From IMG/VR virus record IMGVR_UViG_3300023440_000001, positions 1-64,000 of that record: DNA of 64,000 bases; one strand, given 5' to 3'. Every line of letters begins with the position of its first letter. Position 1 is the stretch's first letter. The notes below the pieces were generated by a model. That model ran no database searches, was not told the DNA's origin, and was given only the letters and a program-made list of their open reading frames with translations. A program made the translations under genes and the position numbers. The DNA comes from a virus. Shown here one piece after another: positions 38,537 through 47,876 of this stretch.

Positions 38537-39873
38537 TATATTACAATGCGCAGAATGGTCTGTCCTTCGCCTTTCGTCACAGCCGTCCGGAGACTGTAAG
38601 ACTCCGCATTATCCGGCACCGGATATCCGGAAAACCCATGAGTTTCCTGGAGATCAACCGGTATGGGTGTTATACAGGGATGCTCACTGGCGTTTTCTAC
38701 GATATACATTATCTGGGAGGCACGGGATACGGTACCGATCCGGTGGAAGTTGTAGGCATTGTCTCCCACCAGAGAACCGCTCTGTGCCTGGTCATCGTTC
38801 AGGTACAGGTGATGTTTATGTCCGGTGATCACATAATGGACAATCTTGCCCATCTTATTGTATTTGAGTATTTGCTTGTCAATAGAAATGCGGTTATGAC
38901 CGTGCCAGAAGAGAATGTTAGCACCGTTGATATTGGTTAGCAGTTCATGATCGGTTACGACTTCATGAAAGGCCACATTCTCCTGATTGATCAGTAGCTT
39001 CTGTAGATAGAAATGTAACAGATAGTCCAGGTTGTTGTGGAAGTCCACAGATTGGATCTCCTCATCCAGGCGAGACTCGTTTCCGAATACGGAAATGACT
39101 TCCACATTGAAGCTCTGAGCCAGATCCTGAACGAAACTGCCCACGATATCTGCACCGATCAGAAAGCCTTCTGAGATGGCATACAGGTTCCGAAGTATCT
39201 CATCTTTGCGGCGATTGGAGTTGAACATGTCGCCGGTCATGGCCAGTACAATAGAATCTATCCCCAGCGGCATGAAGAGCAGTCGAATGCGGTCAGCAAA
39301 CTTCTGTAATCGCTTGCTGGCCACATGGAAGTTGAATTCATTCTTGCCCTTGGTATCCCTTAGCAGCACAGCTTCATTCAGATGCAGATCCGTCAGCTGA
39401 ACAATACCAACACGCTTAACATTGTCCGGAGAGGATTGAACCGGCTGAAAGGAAACCGGCTCACGGCTTTTCACGGAGACCAGAATCTGCTTCAACAGGT
39501 CTTCGGTAGCATTGATGACCCGGTCCTGTTCCCGGAACATCTTGCGTAGAATACGGTTCTGGTCCATCAGCCGCTGTCGAGAACGACGCAGTTTGATCAG
39601 GGCCAGCTTCAACTCTTCCTTGGTCATATCGTCCACATCCGAATCAAAGAGAGTCGGCTCGTCCTGATCATCAAAGTCATCCTCTCCCCTACTGCCTTCA
39701 TCAAACTGTATCTTCTTCAGTATTGCTTCACGGTTACGAATCCAGTTATATACGATGGTTTTCGTACCGGCAAAGTCATCCTCTTCACACAGGATATCAT
39801 AGATATCACTGACATTCAAACCTCCCTGCTCATAGAGGTTAATCGCTTTCAGTTTAATGCTTGCATCATACAT
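38536..39873 (-). CDS. HTH plus calcineurin-like metallophosphoesterase
   Basis: TDLH, GD, GNE, HGH and GHKH motifs; N-terminal HTH. Confidence 0.8.
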   Translation of the reverse strand: MYDASIKLKAINLYEQGGLNVSDIYDILCEEDDFAGTKTIVYNWIRNREAILKKIQFDEGSRGEDDFDDQDEPTLFDSDVDDMTKEELKLALIKLRRSRQRLMDQNRILRKMFREQDRVINATEDLLKQILVSVKSREPVSFQPVQSSPDNVKRVGIVQLTDLHLNEAVLLRDTKGKNEFNFHVASKRLQKFADRIRLLFMPLGIDSIVLAMTGDMFNSNRRKDEILRNLYAISEGFLIGADIVGSFVQDLAQSFNVEVISVFGNESRLDEEIQSVDFHNNLDYLLHFYLQKLLINQENVAFHEVVTDHELLTNINGANILFWHGHNRISIDKQILKYNKMGKIVHYVITGHKHHLYLNDDQAQSGSLVGDNAYNFHRIGTVSRASQIMYIVENASEHPCITPIPVDLQETHGFSGYPVPDNAESYSLRTAVTKGEGQTILRIVI

Positions 39874-39881
39874 GACTTCTA

Positions 39882-40136
39882 TTACCCATTGTTTTTGATA
39901 GGTATGTCAATCTGGAGTACCTGCTGAGCGCTCGGGAAGTCTTCGATATACATAAGCGTTGCAATCTTGGTCAGGTACACACATTCCCGGCCCATAATAT
40001 GGTACATCTTGTTGAAGGAATCCCAGTAGCGGTTTCCTTTCAGTGCTTCGGGTAAGTATTCTGGAGCATCACAAAGATCAGCTAGCTTGTTACGGAGCAG
40101 GAGAATATCCTGTCGTACATTGAAGTCTAGATCCAT
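39882..40136 (-). CDS. Hypothetical protein
   Basis: 84-aa ORF in the operon. Confidence 0.45.
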   Translation of the reverse strand: MDLDFNVRQDILLLRNKLADLCDAPEYLPEALKGNRYWDSFNKMYHIMGRECVYLTKIATLMYIEDFPSAQQVLQIDIPIKNNG

Positions 40137-40510
40137 CTTGATCCCTCTTCATCCCATTCATACGGTTTCTGACGAATCATCTTGCTTTCGTATTCATGGC
40201 GCTTGGCACGAATCCAGGCTTCATTTACAGGTGTGAAAGCAAGTATGGAACGCCTGATACGGAACGGATCGTGATCGATTAGCTCACTGGCGATCATCCG
40301 TTCATAGTCACCCACTGCCACCAGGTACCACTTCTCGTATTTGCGATCGAATACCAGCTGAAATACCACTTCTTCCTCGGAGCGCAGATCAGCGATTTCA
40401 TCTTCTGTCATTTCCACAATAACCGGTGCATATGGATCCGAGTCCAGAAAGGCAAGCGCCAGTACACGTAGTGGTTTGGGCAATACATCGATTCCCTGAA
40501 TAACCTTCAT
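40127..40510 (-). CDS. Hypothetical protein
   Basis: 127 aa, GAGGAGG RBS, overlaps neighbours. Confidence 0.55.
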   Translation of the reverse strand: MKVIQGIDVLPKPLRVLALAFLDSDPYAPVIVEMTEDEIADLRSEEEVVFQLVFDRKYEKWYLVAVGDYERMIASELIDHDPFRIRRSILAFTPVNEAWIRAKRHEYESKMIRQKPYEWDEEGSRWI

Positions 40511-41052
40511 ATAACCTCCTCGCTTATTTCATGAACCAATCCGATTTGCTTCGCATCTTGTGCAAACAGGTAGGTTTCCTGCTGCATATACTTCTCAATT
40601 AGCTCTTTGTCTGATACCAGATACGTCAGCATTTCCTGCCAGGCATTAGAGAGTTGAATAACAAAGTCGCTGTAACCCTTGAAGTCGGATACCGGTGCGT
40701 AATCCGGAAAGGAACTCTTCATGTTATGAATTAGAAATGAACCATGTGGCAGAGTTATGCGTCGATCGCAAGCCAGGTAAGGCAACATGGCACCGGAATA
40801 TACCTTGCCCATATTGATGCCAACCGTCTCAGTAGGAATGCTCTTGACCAGATGATACAGGGTAAGTGAGGTAATGGTATCTCCGCCAATGGAATTAAAG
40901 TAGATATACACCGGAACTTCCATCTGCCGGGCAGCAACCAATATATCTATGAAAGATGTAATGATCTCTTCTTCAATCTCTTCTACAAGGTAGATACGCA
41001 GCGGATCGGTACTACTCCGGTTGGTCGAATTGATACTTGATGATTCCGACAT
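40507..41052 (-). CDS. ClpP-like serine protease
   Basis: NSIGGD, YSGA (catalytic Ser), FLIH, AQDAKQIGLVHEI. Confidence 0.8.
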   Translation of the reverse strand: MSESSSINSTNRSSTDPLRIYLVEEIEEEIITSFIDILVAARQMEVPVYIYFNSIGGDTITSLTLYHLVKSIPTETVGINMGKVYSGAMLPYLACDRRITLPHGSFLIHNMKSSFPDYAPVSDFKGYSDFVIQLSNAWQEMLTYLVSDKELIEKYMQQETYLFAQDAKQIGLVHEISEEVI

Positions 41053-41284
41053 AGCGTACTTTCTCCAGTTGTCGTCTCACAGCATACATTTGCGAATCCA
41101 GATCTATCCATTCGGAGGGAATCACCTGAACCTCCACATCCAGGATTCCGAATTCCTGATCTCGATATTGTTGTGCCAGCTCACCCAAACGGTTATTCAG
41201 CTGACTCTGAAAGCTCTGATTGTCATCGTCTACCTCTATAATCTCAACACGAGTAATCGTTTTGATAGTACTTGCCATTGCCAT
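41012..41284 (-). CDS. Hypothetical protein
   Basis: 90 aa with a GGAGG RBS. Confidence 0.5.
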   Translation of the reverse strand: MAMASTIKTITRVEIIEVDDDNQSFQSQLNNRLGELAQQYRDQEFGILDVEVQVIPSEWIDLDSQMYAVRRQLEKVRYVGIIKYQFDQPE

Positions 41285-41290
41285 TTCCTC

Positions 41291-41506
41291 CTAAAAGTCT
41301 CTCAGTAGAAGATCTTCCGGATCGGCACTGGTTGCCCAGTCCACTCTCACCTGCGTCTCCAGCCAGTAGATACGGCCGCAACGATGGCAGGTCTCGGCTC
41401 CGTCCGACAGCACTTCCAGCAGTTCTCCACAGAGACAGCGGACGTTGACCTTCTGATTGTTCCATTCGAATTCCCACATATCGGAATAATACTCTTCACC
41501 CATCAT
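41291..41506 (-). CDS. Small zinc-ribbon protein
   Basis: CLCG..CHRCG. Confidence 0.55.
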   Translation of the reverse strand: MMGEEYYSDMWEFEWNNQKVNVRCLCGELLEVLSDGAETCHRCGRIYWLETQVRVDWATSADPEDLLLRDF

Positions 41507-42627
41507 TTACCCTTTCTAATGTTGATAATACTTCGATTGAAATACCGGTTGGCCATGGATGGCTCACGCATGGTATTTTCATGAAGCTGATTACGCTTCT
41601 CCTGAAACTCTTCCGTTTGTGGTATAATGATATCCAGATTAAACTTGGTGGCTTCATGTAGGCTCTGTTGACGCTCTAACATCAATCTTAACGGAATGGC
41701 ATGTGGATTGACGCTATTGTTTTCAGCTGATTCGGTTGATGGAGTATGCAATGCCCAGTGAGTGGCATAGTTGATTACTTCCGTGGCCGCCTGAATACAA
41801 TCGATTGCCTGGTTACCGGACTGGGTAACCTCACCTTCCATTAGACCGCTCAGATCCGGATCGTCAAACTCCTCTCCGCCATCCCATTTGAATACGTTGC
41901 CCTTCTGTACCCATTCAAACATGCGTCTGGCTTTCTTCTCCAGTTTGCGGCGTATCCGCTTTACCACCCGACCGGCAATGGGAACCTTTTCCAGCTTGGT
42001 CTTCTTAATCAGGCCGGCCATAAACTGATAGACAAACCCCAGCAACATTCGCCACAGTATCTTCAGCAGACTGAAACGGGTTACTCGCTGTCGATCCTCT
42101 ATTATGGATTCCAGTGTTCGGGTTTCAGCCGGTAACTGCATGTCCATCAGGTTCAGTTCGGCTACGTCACGGCAGCTCATATCATCCGGAAATCGCACGT
42201 CTGGCACACGGTAACCATCCGGACCGGGCTCGGTAAAGAGCAATTGTGATGGCTCAAACCCATACTGAGCCAGAAAGGCATTGTTCATGATGCGCACCGC
42301 CCGATCGAATACTTCATATGTAATACTGTTTGTATCATCATTTCCCAAACGTCGTACGGCTTCAGCCAGTCGGGGACGTTCTGCAGCGTCTACCGGTATG
42401 GAAAGTGCTTCGAGTTGCCGGTCAATCTCTTCCCGCAATTCCCGGAGTTCCTGATCCGCCTGAAGCGCATCGTCGAGCAGCTGCTGATAGGTCTGCTTTT
42501 GTTGCCGCTCTTCTTCGGTGGGTTCATCCTCCAGGCGTACTTCAATCTTCGGGTCGCCCATTACCCTTGGTCGTTCATACTCAATTTCGGGTCGATAGTC
42601 CAGTATTCCAGTCTTCTTGCGTGCCAT
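41503..42627 (-). CDS. Hypothetical protein (probably late/virion)
   Basis: 374 aa, GAGGTG RBS, preceded by the promoter-like motif at 42687. Confidence 0.6.
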   Translation of the reverse strand: MARKKTGILDYRPEIEYERPRVMGDPKIEVRLEDEPTEEERQQKQTYQQLLDDALQADQELRELREEIDRQLEALSIPVDAAERPRLAEAVRRLGNDDTNSITYEVFDRAVRIMNNAFLAQYGFEPSQLLFTEPGPDGYRVPDVRFPDDMSCRDVAELNLMDMQLPAETRTLESIIEDRQRVTRFSLLKILWRMLLGFVYQFMAGLIKKTKLEKVPIAGRVVKRIRRKLEKKARRMFEWVQKGNVFKWDGGEEFDDPDLSGLMEGEVTQSGNQAIDCIQAATEVINYATHWALHTPSTESAENNSVNPHAIPLRLMLERQQSLHEATKFNLDIIIPQTEEFQEKRNQLHENTMREPSMANRYFNRSIINIRKGK

Positions 42628-42700
42628 TCGTCACCTCATTTTATCAGTGAGCCGGCTCTTAGTAAATGACTCAGAGCGGCTCACTATAGATATGTCACAC

Positions 42701-43285
42701 TTAGTTCGGCAGTGTGTCCTGCTGAGGGACGATTTTGCAGATGATCAGCTCCTGGACAGTACTGGTTTTCAGGACTCTAAAAGATACCAGTGCATCGAAC
42801 TGGCGACCGTTGCGCCCCATGATACGGGCACGGATCTCGCCTTTTCGTGGTACATCGACGGTGGGCAGCCAGTAGAGGATATTCAGGAAGGGAATCTCAT
42901 CCTTGCGGTATCCGGTATATGTGAGAAACCGGCGGTTGGTCTCCATGATATAACCGGATCGGTTTACAAGAATGACCGGGCAATCGAACTCTTCAGCCAT
43001 GGTATGCCAGAGTTCTCTCAGGGTCTCTAATTGTTTGGTGGGAGAAACATCTTCGACGTATTCAGGATTAACCAGCTGGGCCACATCACAGTCCAGTTCC
43101 TTGGCCAGTCGCATGAGCGTATCCAGCGACACATTGGTACGTGTACCGTTTTCGATCTTGGATACATATGTGCGGTGTAATCCGGCACGAATGCTGAGCT
43201 GCGCCTGGCTGATATTCTTCAGGATTCGCAGGTCGCGAATGCGTTGAGCGATATGCTCGGCGGGTACCTTCTTAACAAACGACAT
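42701..43285 (-). CDS. XRE-family HTH plus PAS-domain regulator
   Basis: ISQAQLS..LHRTYVSKIENG HTH; C-terminal PVILVNRSGYIMETNRRFLTYTGY PAS start. Confidence 0.8.
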   Translation of the reverse strand: MSFVKKVPAEHIAQRIRDLRILKNISQAQLSIRAGLHRTYVSKIENGTRTNVSLDTLMRLAKELDCDVAQLVNPEYVEDVSPTKQLETLRELWHTMAEEFDCPVILVNRSGYIMETNRRFLTYTGYRKDEIPFLNILYWLPTVDVPRKGEIRARIMGRNGRQFDALVSFRVLKTSTVQELIICKIVPQQDTLPN

Positions 43286-43440
43286 GTGAATTCCTCCAGT
43301 GAATAGTGTAATACCATTGTGAGATCGTGTAACAAGGGATTGATGCCTTGTTTATTGTAAAGGTGGAGCCAAAAAGTGCTTGCATGTTTCGCCAATATGT
43401 TGTATATTTCAGCCATCATAATAAACAAAATGAACAATAC

Positions 43441-43459
43441 ATTATCCATATTGGATAAT
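43441..43459. promoter_or_regulatory. Palindromic operator candidate ATTATCCA-TAT-TGGATAAT
   Basis: Perfect 8-bp arms in the divergent intergenic region; near-copies at 47555 and 47616. Confidence 0.5.
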
Positions 43460-43490
43460 CAAATATACATAACAGAGGAGGAGATTGCAA

Positions 43491-44060
43491 ATGGTTTTTC
43501 AAATCGATGAGACCAGACAGGCCGTCCTTGACATAGAACAGGAGCTTCAACCCCTTTACGAGAAGTTTGCCCAGAACGAAGAGGAAGAGTCCGACATCCA
43601 GGAGTACGAACAGCAGATCCGGGAGTTCTTCAGCCGCAATGTAGCATTTCTGCGGCAATATCTGGGGTTTGTCACTCGCATGGAAGCGTTCAGCCGAGAT
43701 GAGTTTGCTGAATTACTGGGTGTTTCACCGGCTACGGTTAAATGGTGGGAACTGGCCAAAGGACTTCCCAACTATTCTTCTGTGCGAGCTCTGCTGCGAT
43801 TGACGAATAAGGTATTACAACTGGAACAACCTTTCCATTACGGCGATATCTACTGCCGTAACATTGCTCGTTCGATCATTCAAAAAGTACCCGCTCGCCT
43901 GAATGGCATCAATGCACTCGTTCAAGCGCTGTCGGGTATGCCACAAGAGGAGCGCCGACGGTTTATCACTTCGGCCCTGAATAACATCAGCGAACTAAAA
44001 CGTTTCGTGGAGGAAGAACATGCCAACAGCAACAGAGAAGCACCCAACACTGGTCCTTGA
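43491..44060 (+). CDS. XRE-family HTH regulator
   Basis: SRDEFAELLGVSPATVKWWELAKGLP; ATG at 43491 after AGGAGGAG; paralog of the N-terminus of 44446. Confidence 0.8.
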   Translation: MVFQIDETRQAVLDIEQELQPLYEKFAQNEEEESDIQEYEQQIREFFSRNVAFLRQYLGFVTRMEAFSRDEFAELLGVSPATVKWWELAKGLPNYSSVRALLRLTNKVLQLEQPFHYGDIYCRNIARSIIQKVPARLNGINALVQALSGMPQEERRRFITSALNNISELKRFVEEEHANSNREAPNTGP

Positions 44061-44439
44061 TGTTAAAGGCAAAGTTATTGATTGTGATCCGCAATTTGAA
44101 CACTTCCTGGGCTTTCCCTATATGCGTCTTATAGGGGAGCCGCTGACTGCTATTACACGCTCTATTGAGAACCTATCCGACTTCCTCAGGCAGGTGATAC
44201 AGAGCGGTCCCATCCGTGGCTGGTGGGACATAAAACTGAGTGGAGATCGCCGGATATATGGATTCTATAAGATGGTCTTTGATGCGCAGAAGTACAGATA
44301 TTATGTGTATATCCACGACTTCAAACTTCATATGGATATCAACACCGCTCTATCATCTCTGATTGCCGAGTTTGAAAATGAAGACATCCTGCAACTTCTG
44401 GCACTGGCTGGTCAGCTTATAACCCACAAACAACAATGA
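44020..44439 (+). CDS. Stand-alone PAS-domain protein
   Basis: LVLDVKGKVIDCDPQFEHFLGF..LIGEPL. Confidence 0.6.
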   Translation: MPTATEKHPTLVLDVKGKVIDCDPQFEHFLGFPYMRLIGEPLTAITRSIENLSDFLRQVIQSGPIRGWWDIKLSGDRRIYGFYKMVFDAQKYRYYVYIHDFKLHMDINTALSSLIAEFENEDILQLLALAGQLITHKQQ

Positions 44440-44445
44440 TGTAAT

Positions 44446-45666
44446 ATGACTGATGAGATATTCATACCGGTAAAGGTAGAAGAAAGACTCGCCGAACTGT
44501 ACAACAAAATGGTCAGCGAAGAGGAAACCAGTAGCGACATTGATAAACATGAAGATGACATTAAGATTCTATTCAGCAAGAACCTGCAATTCCTGAGAAT
44601 GTATCTGGGATTCTGGGCGGTCGGGGAACCGTATACCCGGACTGAGTTTGCCAGCATGCTGAACGTATCAGTACCGACACTTAAGAACTGGGAGCTGGGA
44701 TACTCCCTACCGAATCACTACTCCCTGAAGCGTATCATATCGGTCGTCAAGAAGGTTCTAAATGTTGAACTGCGTCCAGAACAGCTCTACTGCAAATCCA
44801 TCTCCCACATCATATCTGCCCTTCAGCTGGGTATGGATGAAGTTTCCTACAAGACCATATCCGAGGGTGTGGAAAAGGTCGGTGCGAATGAAATGTTGAA
44901 CATCATTCTTAACCGTTCCGTCGAGTACCATGACATCTTTCATATCCTGGTAGAACACGCGCCCATCGGCGTCTATATGTTTCAGGATTACCGGCTTATG
45001 TTCGTTAACCCGGCCATGGCAAATGGGCTCGGTTACCAGCCTGAAGAACTTATAGGAAAGTCCATAATGGAGCTTATTCATCCAGATGACACTGCCCTGG
45101 TGAACAGGATGATACAGGAACGGCTCGTCGGGAGAATGGAGTTTGTGGAGTATACCCTGAGATTGCTTTCCAAGGACGGACATATACGTTACTGGCGGGT
45201 AAAGGGATCGGTCACTCTATATAAAGATAAGCCGGCCATCATCGGTACGGCTGTGGACTTTGGACACTTTATAACGTCATCTTCTCTGTTTGAAGGGTGT
45301 ATGAATCGCAATCCACTGAGTTTGCGACCGTTCATTAATGAAGCATCCCAGGCGACGGTTGTCATGCGTTGCGTCGGTACCCGTGCTAACAAATGTGAAG
45401 ACTTTGTGATATCGGTTTTCAATGATAAGGCTGACGCCTTTCTCCGGCAATTCGGAATTGTTCTTCAGCCCGGTATTCGCGTTAGTCAGCTGCTAATCAA
45501 TCATCCGGATGTGGTTCGGGAGTTATGCAATATATACTGTAATGACAAATACCGGGTATACCGTCGATTAAAGCTTAAGGCACCAAATGAGACGATCGTA
45601 AACACACGGTTTCGGGTGATTCGTTTCCCACTAACCGAATATATTGTTGTGCAGTTTGAAATATAG
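44446..45666 (+). CDS. XRE HTH plus PAS (and a second PAS-like domain) regulator
   Basis: HTH TRTEFASMLNVSVPTLKNWELG; PAS FVNPAMANGLGYQPEELIGKSIMELIHPDD..KDG. Confidence 0.85.
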   Translation: MTDEIFIPVKVEERLAELYNKMVSEEETSSDIDKHEDDIKILFSKNLQFLRMYLGFWAVGEPYTRTEFASMLNVSVPTLKNWELGYSLPNHYSLKRIISVVKKVLNVELRPEQLYCKSISHIISALQLGMDEVSYKTISEGVEKVGANEMLNIILNRSVEYHDIFHILVEHAPIGVYMFQDYRLMFVNPAMANGLGYQPEELIGKSIMELIHPDDTALVNRMIQERLVGRMEFVEYTLRLLSKDGHIRYWRVKGSVTLYKDKPAIIGTAVDFGHFITSSSLFEGCMNRNPLSLRPFINEASQATVVMRCVGTRANKCEDFVISVFNDKADAFLRQFGIVLQPGIRVSQLLINHPDVVRELCNIYCNDKYRVYRRLKLKAPNETIVNTRFRVIRFPLTEYIVVQFEI

Positions 45667-45723
45667 TATTGCGTAATTAGGGGCACTTTAGTATATTCTC
45701 CTAAAACCAGGAGGATATACATT

Positions 45724-46590
45724 ATGAAAAAGCGCCCTATAGTTCTGAGTATAAGCAACCAAAAGGGTGGAGTTGGGAAGACCACAACCGTATGCGCACT
45801 GGCGGAGACCTTTGCCCATAAGGGTTTTCGTGTTGGAGTGATCGATACGGATCCCCAATCTAATACTACCAGCATACTGGGTAAACCCCCTTATTCACAG
45901 GCCGAAAACATCATTGCCGTCCTGGATCCGGAGTTTGATCGACCTATCTCTGCCCTGTTTGTAGAGTCTCCGAAGATTAAGAACCTCTATCTCCTACCCT
46001 CTTCCATAAAGGCGGCTGGAATGTGGCCCGGTCTGTATGGACGTCTGAACGAATATATGATTAATATATACAGTTTATTGGCCAGGTACCTTTCGCAAGA
46101 TGCAACAATCAATGAGGACTTTGATGTCATAATAATAGATACACCACCCTCACTGGATCTGCCCATGATTAACGCACTGTCTTCCTCTGACTACGTAATA
46201 ATCCCCGTGCAGTCCGGAGACCCCTTCTCCCTAGACGGGTGGTCCGAGCTTTATCTCACCATTCAGAAGGTAAAGAAGAACACCAACGAGCGACTGGAGA
46301 TCCTGGGTATCCTGATTACCTATCACGATCCCAGATTTAACGTATGCAAATCCAACTACAGCTATATCCATGATCGTTTTCGTAGAGAAGGTATTCGGGT
46401 CTTTAATACCTACATCAGTGCTTCAGTGGAAGTCAAACTGTCTCACGTGACGAGAAAACCCATCACCATCTTTAATAAGAGTCATAAAGTCAGCGAACAG
46501 TACCGCGAGCTGACAGATGAAATCATTCAAATCCTAGGAGGTCAAATTGGCAAGGAAGAAACCAAAGAAGTCGAAGAGGCCAACAGTTGA
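45724..46590 (+). CDS. parA: ParA/Soj partition ATPase
   Basis: NQKGGVGKTT, IDTDPQSN, IIDTPPSL. Confidence 0.93.
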   Translation: MKKRPIVLSISNQKGGVGKTTTVCALAETFAHKGFRVGVIDTDPQSNTTSILGKPPYSQAENIIAVLDPEFDRPISALFVESPKIKNLYLLPSSIKAAGMWPGLYGRLNEYMINIYSLLARYLSQDATINEDFDVIIIDTPPSLDLPMINALSSSDYVIIPVQSGDPFSLDGWSELYLTIQKVKKNTNERLEILGILITYHDPRFNVCKSNYSYIHDRFRREGIRVFNTYISASVEVKLSHVTRKPITIFNKSHKVSEQYRELTDEIIQILGGQIGKEETKEVEEANS

Positions 46591-47443
46591 CGACATCAAT
46601 CAAATGTGGGGTGTTAGTGATGAGATACGCTCCGATGGTGATGTACTGGATGAATTCCCTGGCTTCGTAAAGAATAGTGTACAAAAAGACACGTACCCAC
46701 AGGATACAGGAGACGTACCTGGTACATACGACATACCACGTACGCCAGACGTACCCGATACTACCGACGTATTGCATACAGGAGACGTACCCGATACAAA
46801 AGACGTACTACATACTCCTGATGTATCCAATACACCTGACGTGCCAGGTACATCAGATGTGCCACATACGACTGGTGTGCCGGATACAGATAGTGTACGC
46901 CGACCGTCAGACGTACCCAGAAAGTACGTCAGACGTACCTCCTCACTGGACAAATATCAATGGAGCATCGATGTATATCGTCGCTGCATTCCAGATCAGA
47001 AGTCCAGAATCAAGCGCCTCTTGTTAAGGGGTATAGGTAAGTTCGTACCAAACAAACGATCTATGTTAACCCGTCGGCTATTCTCGACCATGGTTTTCGA
47101 TGAACTGTCTGATTTATTAAAAGGCAACTGGAAGATGAAGCGGGATATACCTTACTACAGGAAGGTGTGGAAAAGCCTACAGCGCGAAGGATATCTATCC
47201 TTAATCGATATGAGATTAGATGGACCACTCCATGAGCGTGGTTCGATATTTAAGGTCAAGTTTCCTTTATGGGTCGATACAAACAAAGACGTGAAGAAAG
47301 TCAGCACCAGACGCCTGATACTGGATTGTATATTGTGTACAGAATACCTAAAAGACGGCGATCTATCGGTCTTGCCTTACTTTGATATGGTTCAAAAAGA
47401 GTTGAAGAAGCGAAAGATAGATACAGAACCATTATGTTCCTAA
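46547..47443 (+). CDS. ParA partner candidate with a hexapeptide repeat tract and basic C-terminal domain
   Basis: Overlaps parA; basic N-terminus; about 13 T-x-D-V-P/L-x repeats. Confidence 0.55.
   Translation: MARKKPKKSKRPTVDDINQMWGVSDEIRSDGDVLDEFPGFVKNSVQKDTYPQDTGDVPGTYDIPRTPDVPDTTDVLHTGDVPDTKDVLHTPDVSNTPDVPGTSDVPHTTGVPDTDSVRRPSDVPRKYVRRTSSLDKYQWSIDVYRRCIPDQKSRIKRLLLRGIGKFVPNKRSMLTRRLFSTMVFDELSDLLKGNWKMKRDIPYYRKVWKSLQREGYLSLIDMRLDGPLHERGSIFKVKFPLWVDTNKDVKKVSTRRLILDCILCTEYLKDGDLSVLPYFDMVQKELKKRKIDTEPLCS
46702..46940 (+). repeat. Degenerate 18-bp tandem repeat (coding)
   Basis: Recurrent gacgtac/gatgtg cores with 18-nt periodicity. Confidence 0.8.
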
Positions 47444-47721
47444 AGGGTCGCTTACTGGTTCTCAAGGGGTCGTTAAGATGTTCCTAAAGGGTCGCTTAAT
47501 TGTACCCAACTGGTCGTCAGCTGACCAACTATTTGCTATTTTGCTTGACTAATTGGTATCCATATTAGATATTAATCGCTCTTTTGTATATAGGCTTATT
47601 GATTATGGCTAAATCATTATCCATATTGGACAAAGTTAAGCGACCCTTTAGGTACGTTCAAACGACCCTTTAGGTACCTGCATGCGATACCCTGGGTACC
47701 ACTAAGCGACCCTTTAGGTAC
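47434..47721. repeat. Iteron-type replication origin: four direct 22-bp-period repeats and four in inverted orientation
   Basis: ATGTTCCTAAAGGGTCGCTTA-like at 47434, 47456, 47478 and 47500; reverse-complement TAAGCGACCCTTTAGGTAC-like at 47637, 47659, 47681 and 47703; AT-rich spacer and flank; adjacent to rep. Confidence 0.8.
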
Positions 47722-47876
47722 GTAGTCAATTGGAAGTATAAGAATCGTAAGTATTATAATAGCATTGGTTATATATATGGACGTTTCTTTTGCACATAGA
47801 ATCGTTATGCTCTAATCAATAAATGAATATATACTACTTAGTTATACTTGATTAATTAGTTAATTGGAATTTCAAT

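Noticed and set aside
46702-47721. Repeats as a CRISPR array
   Set aside because: No unique spacers; one tract is a coding 18-mer and the other consists of abutting 22-bp iteron-like units.
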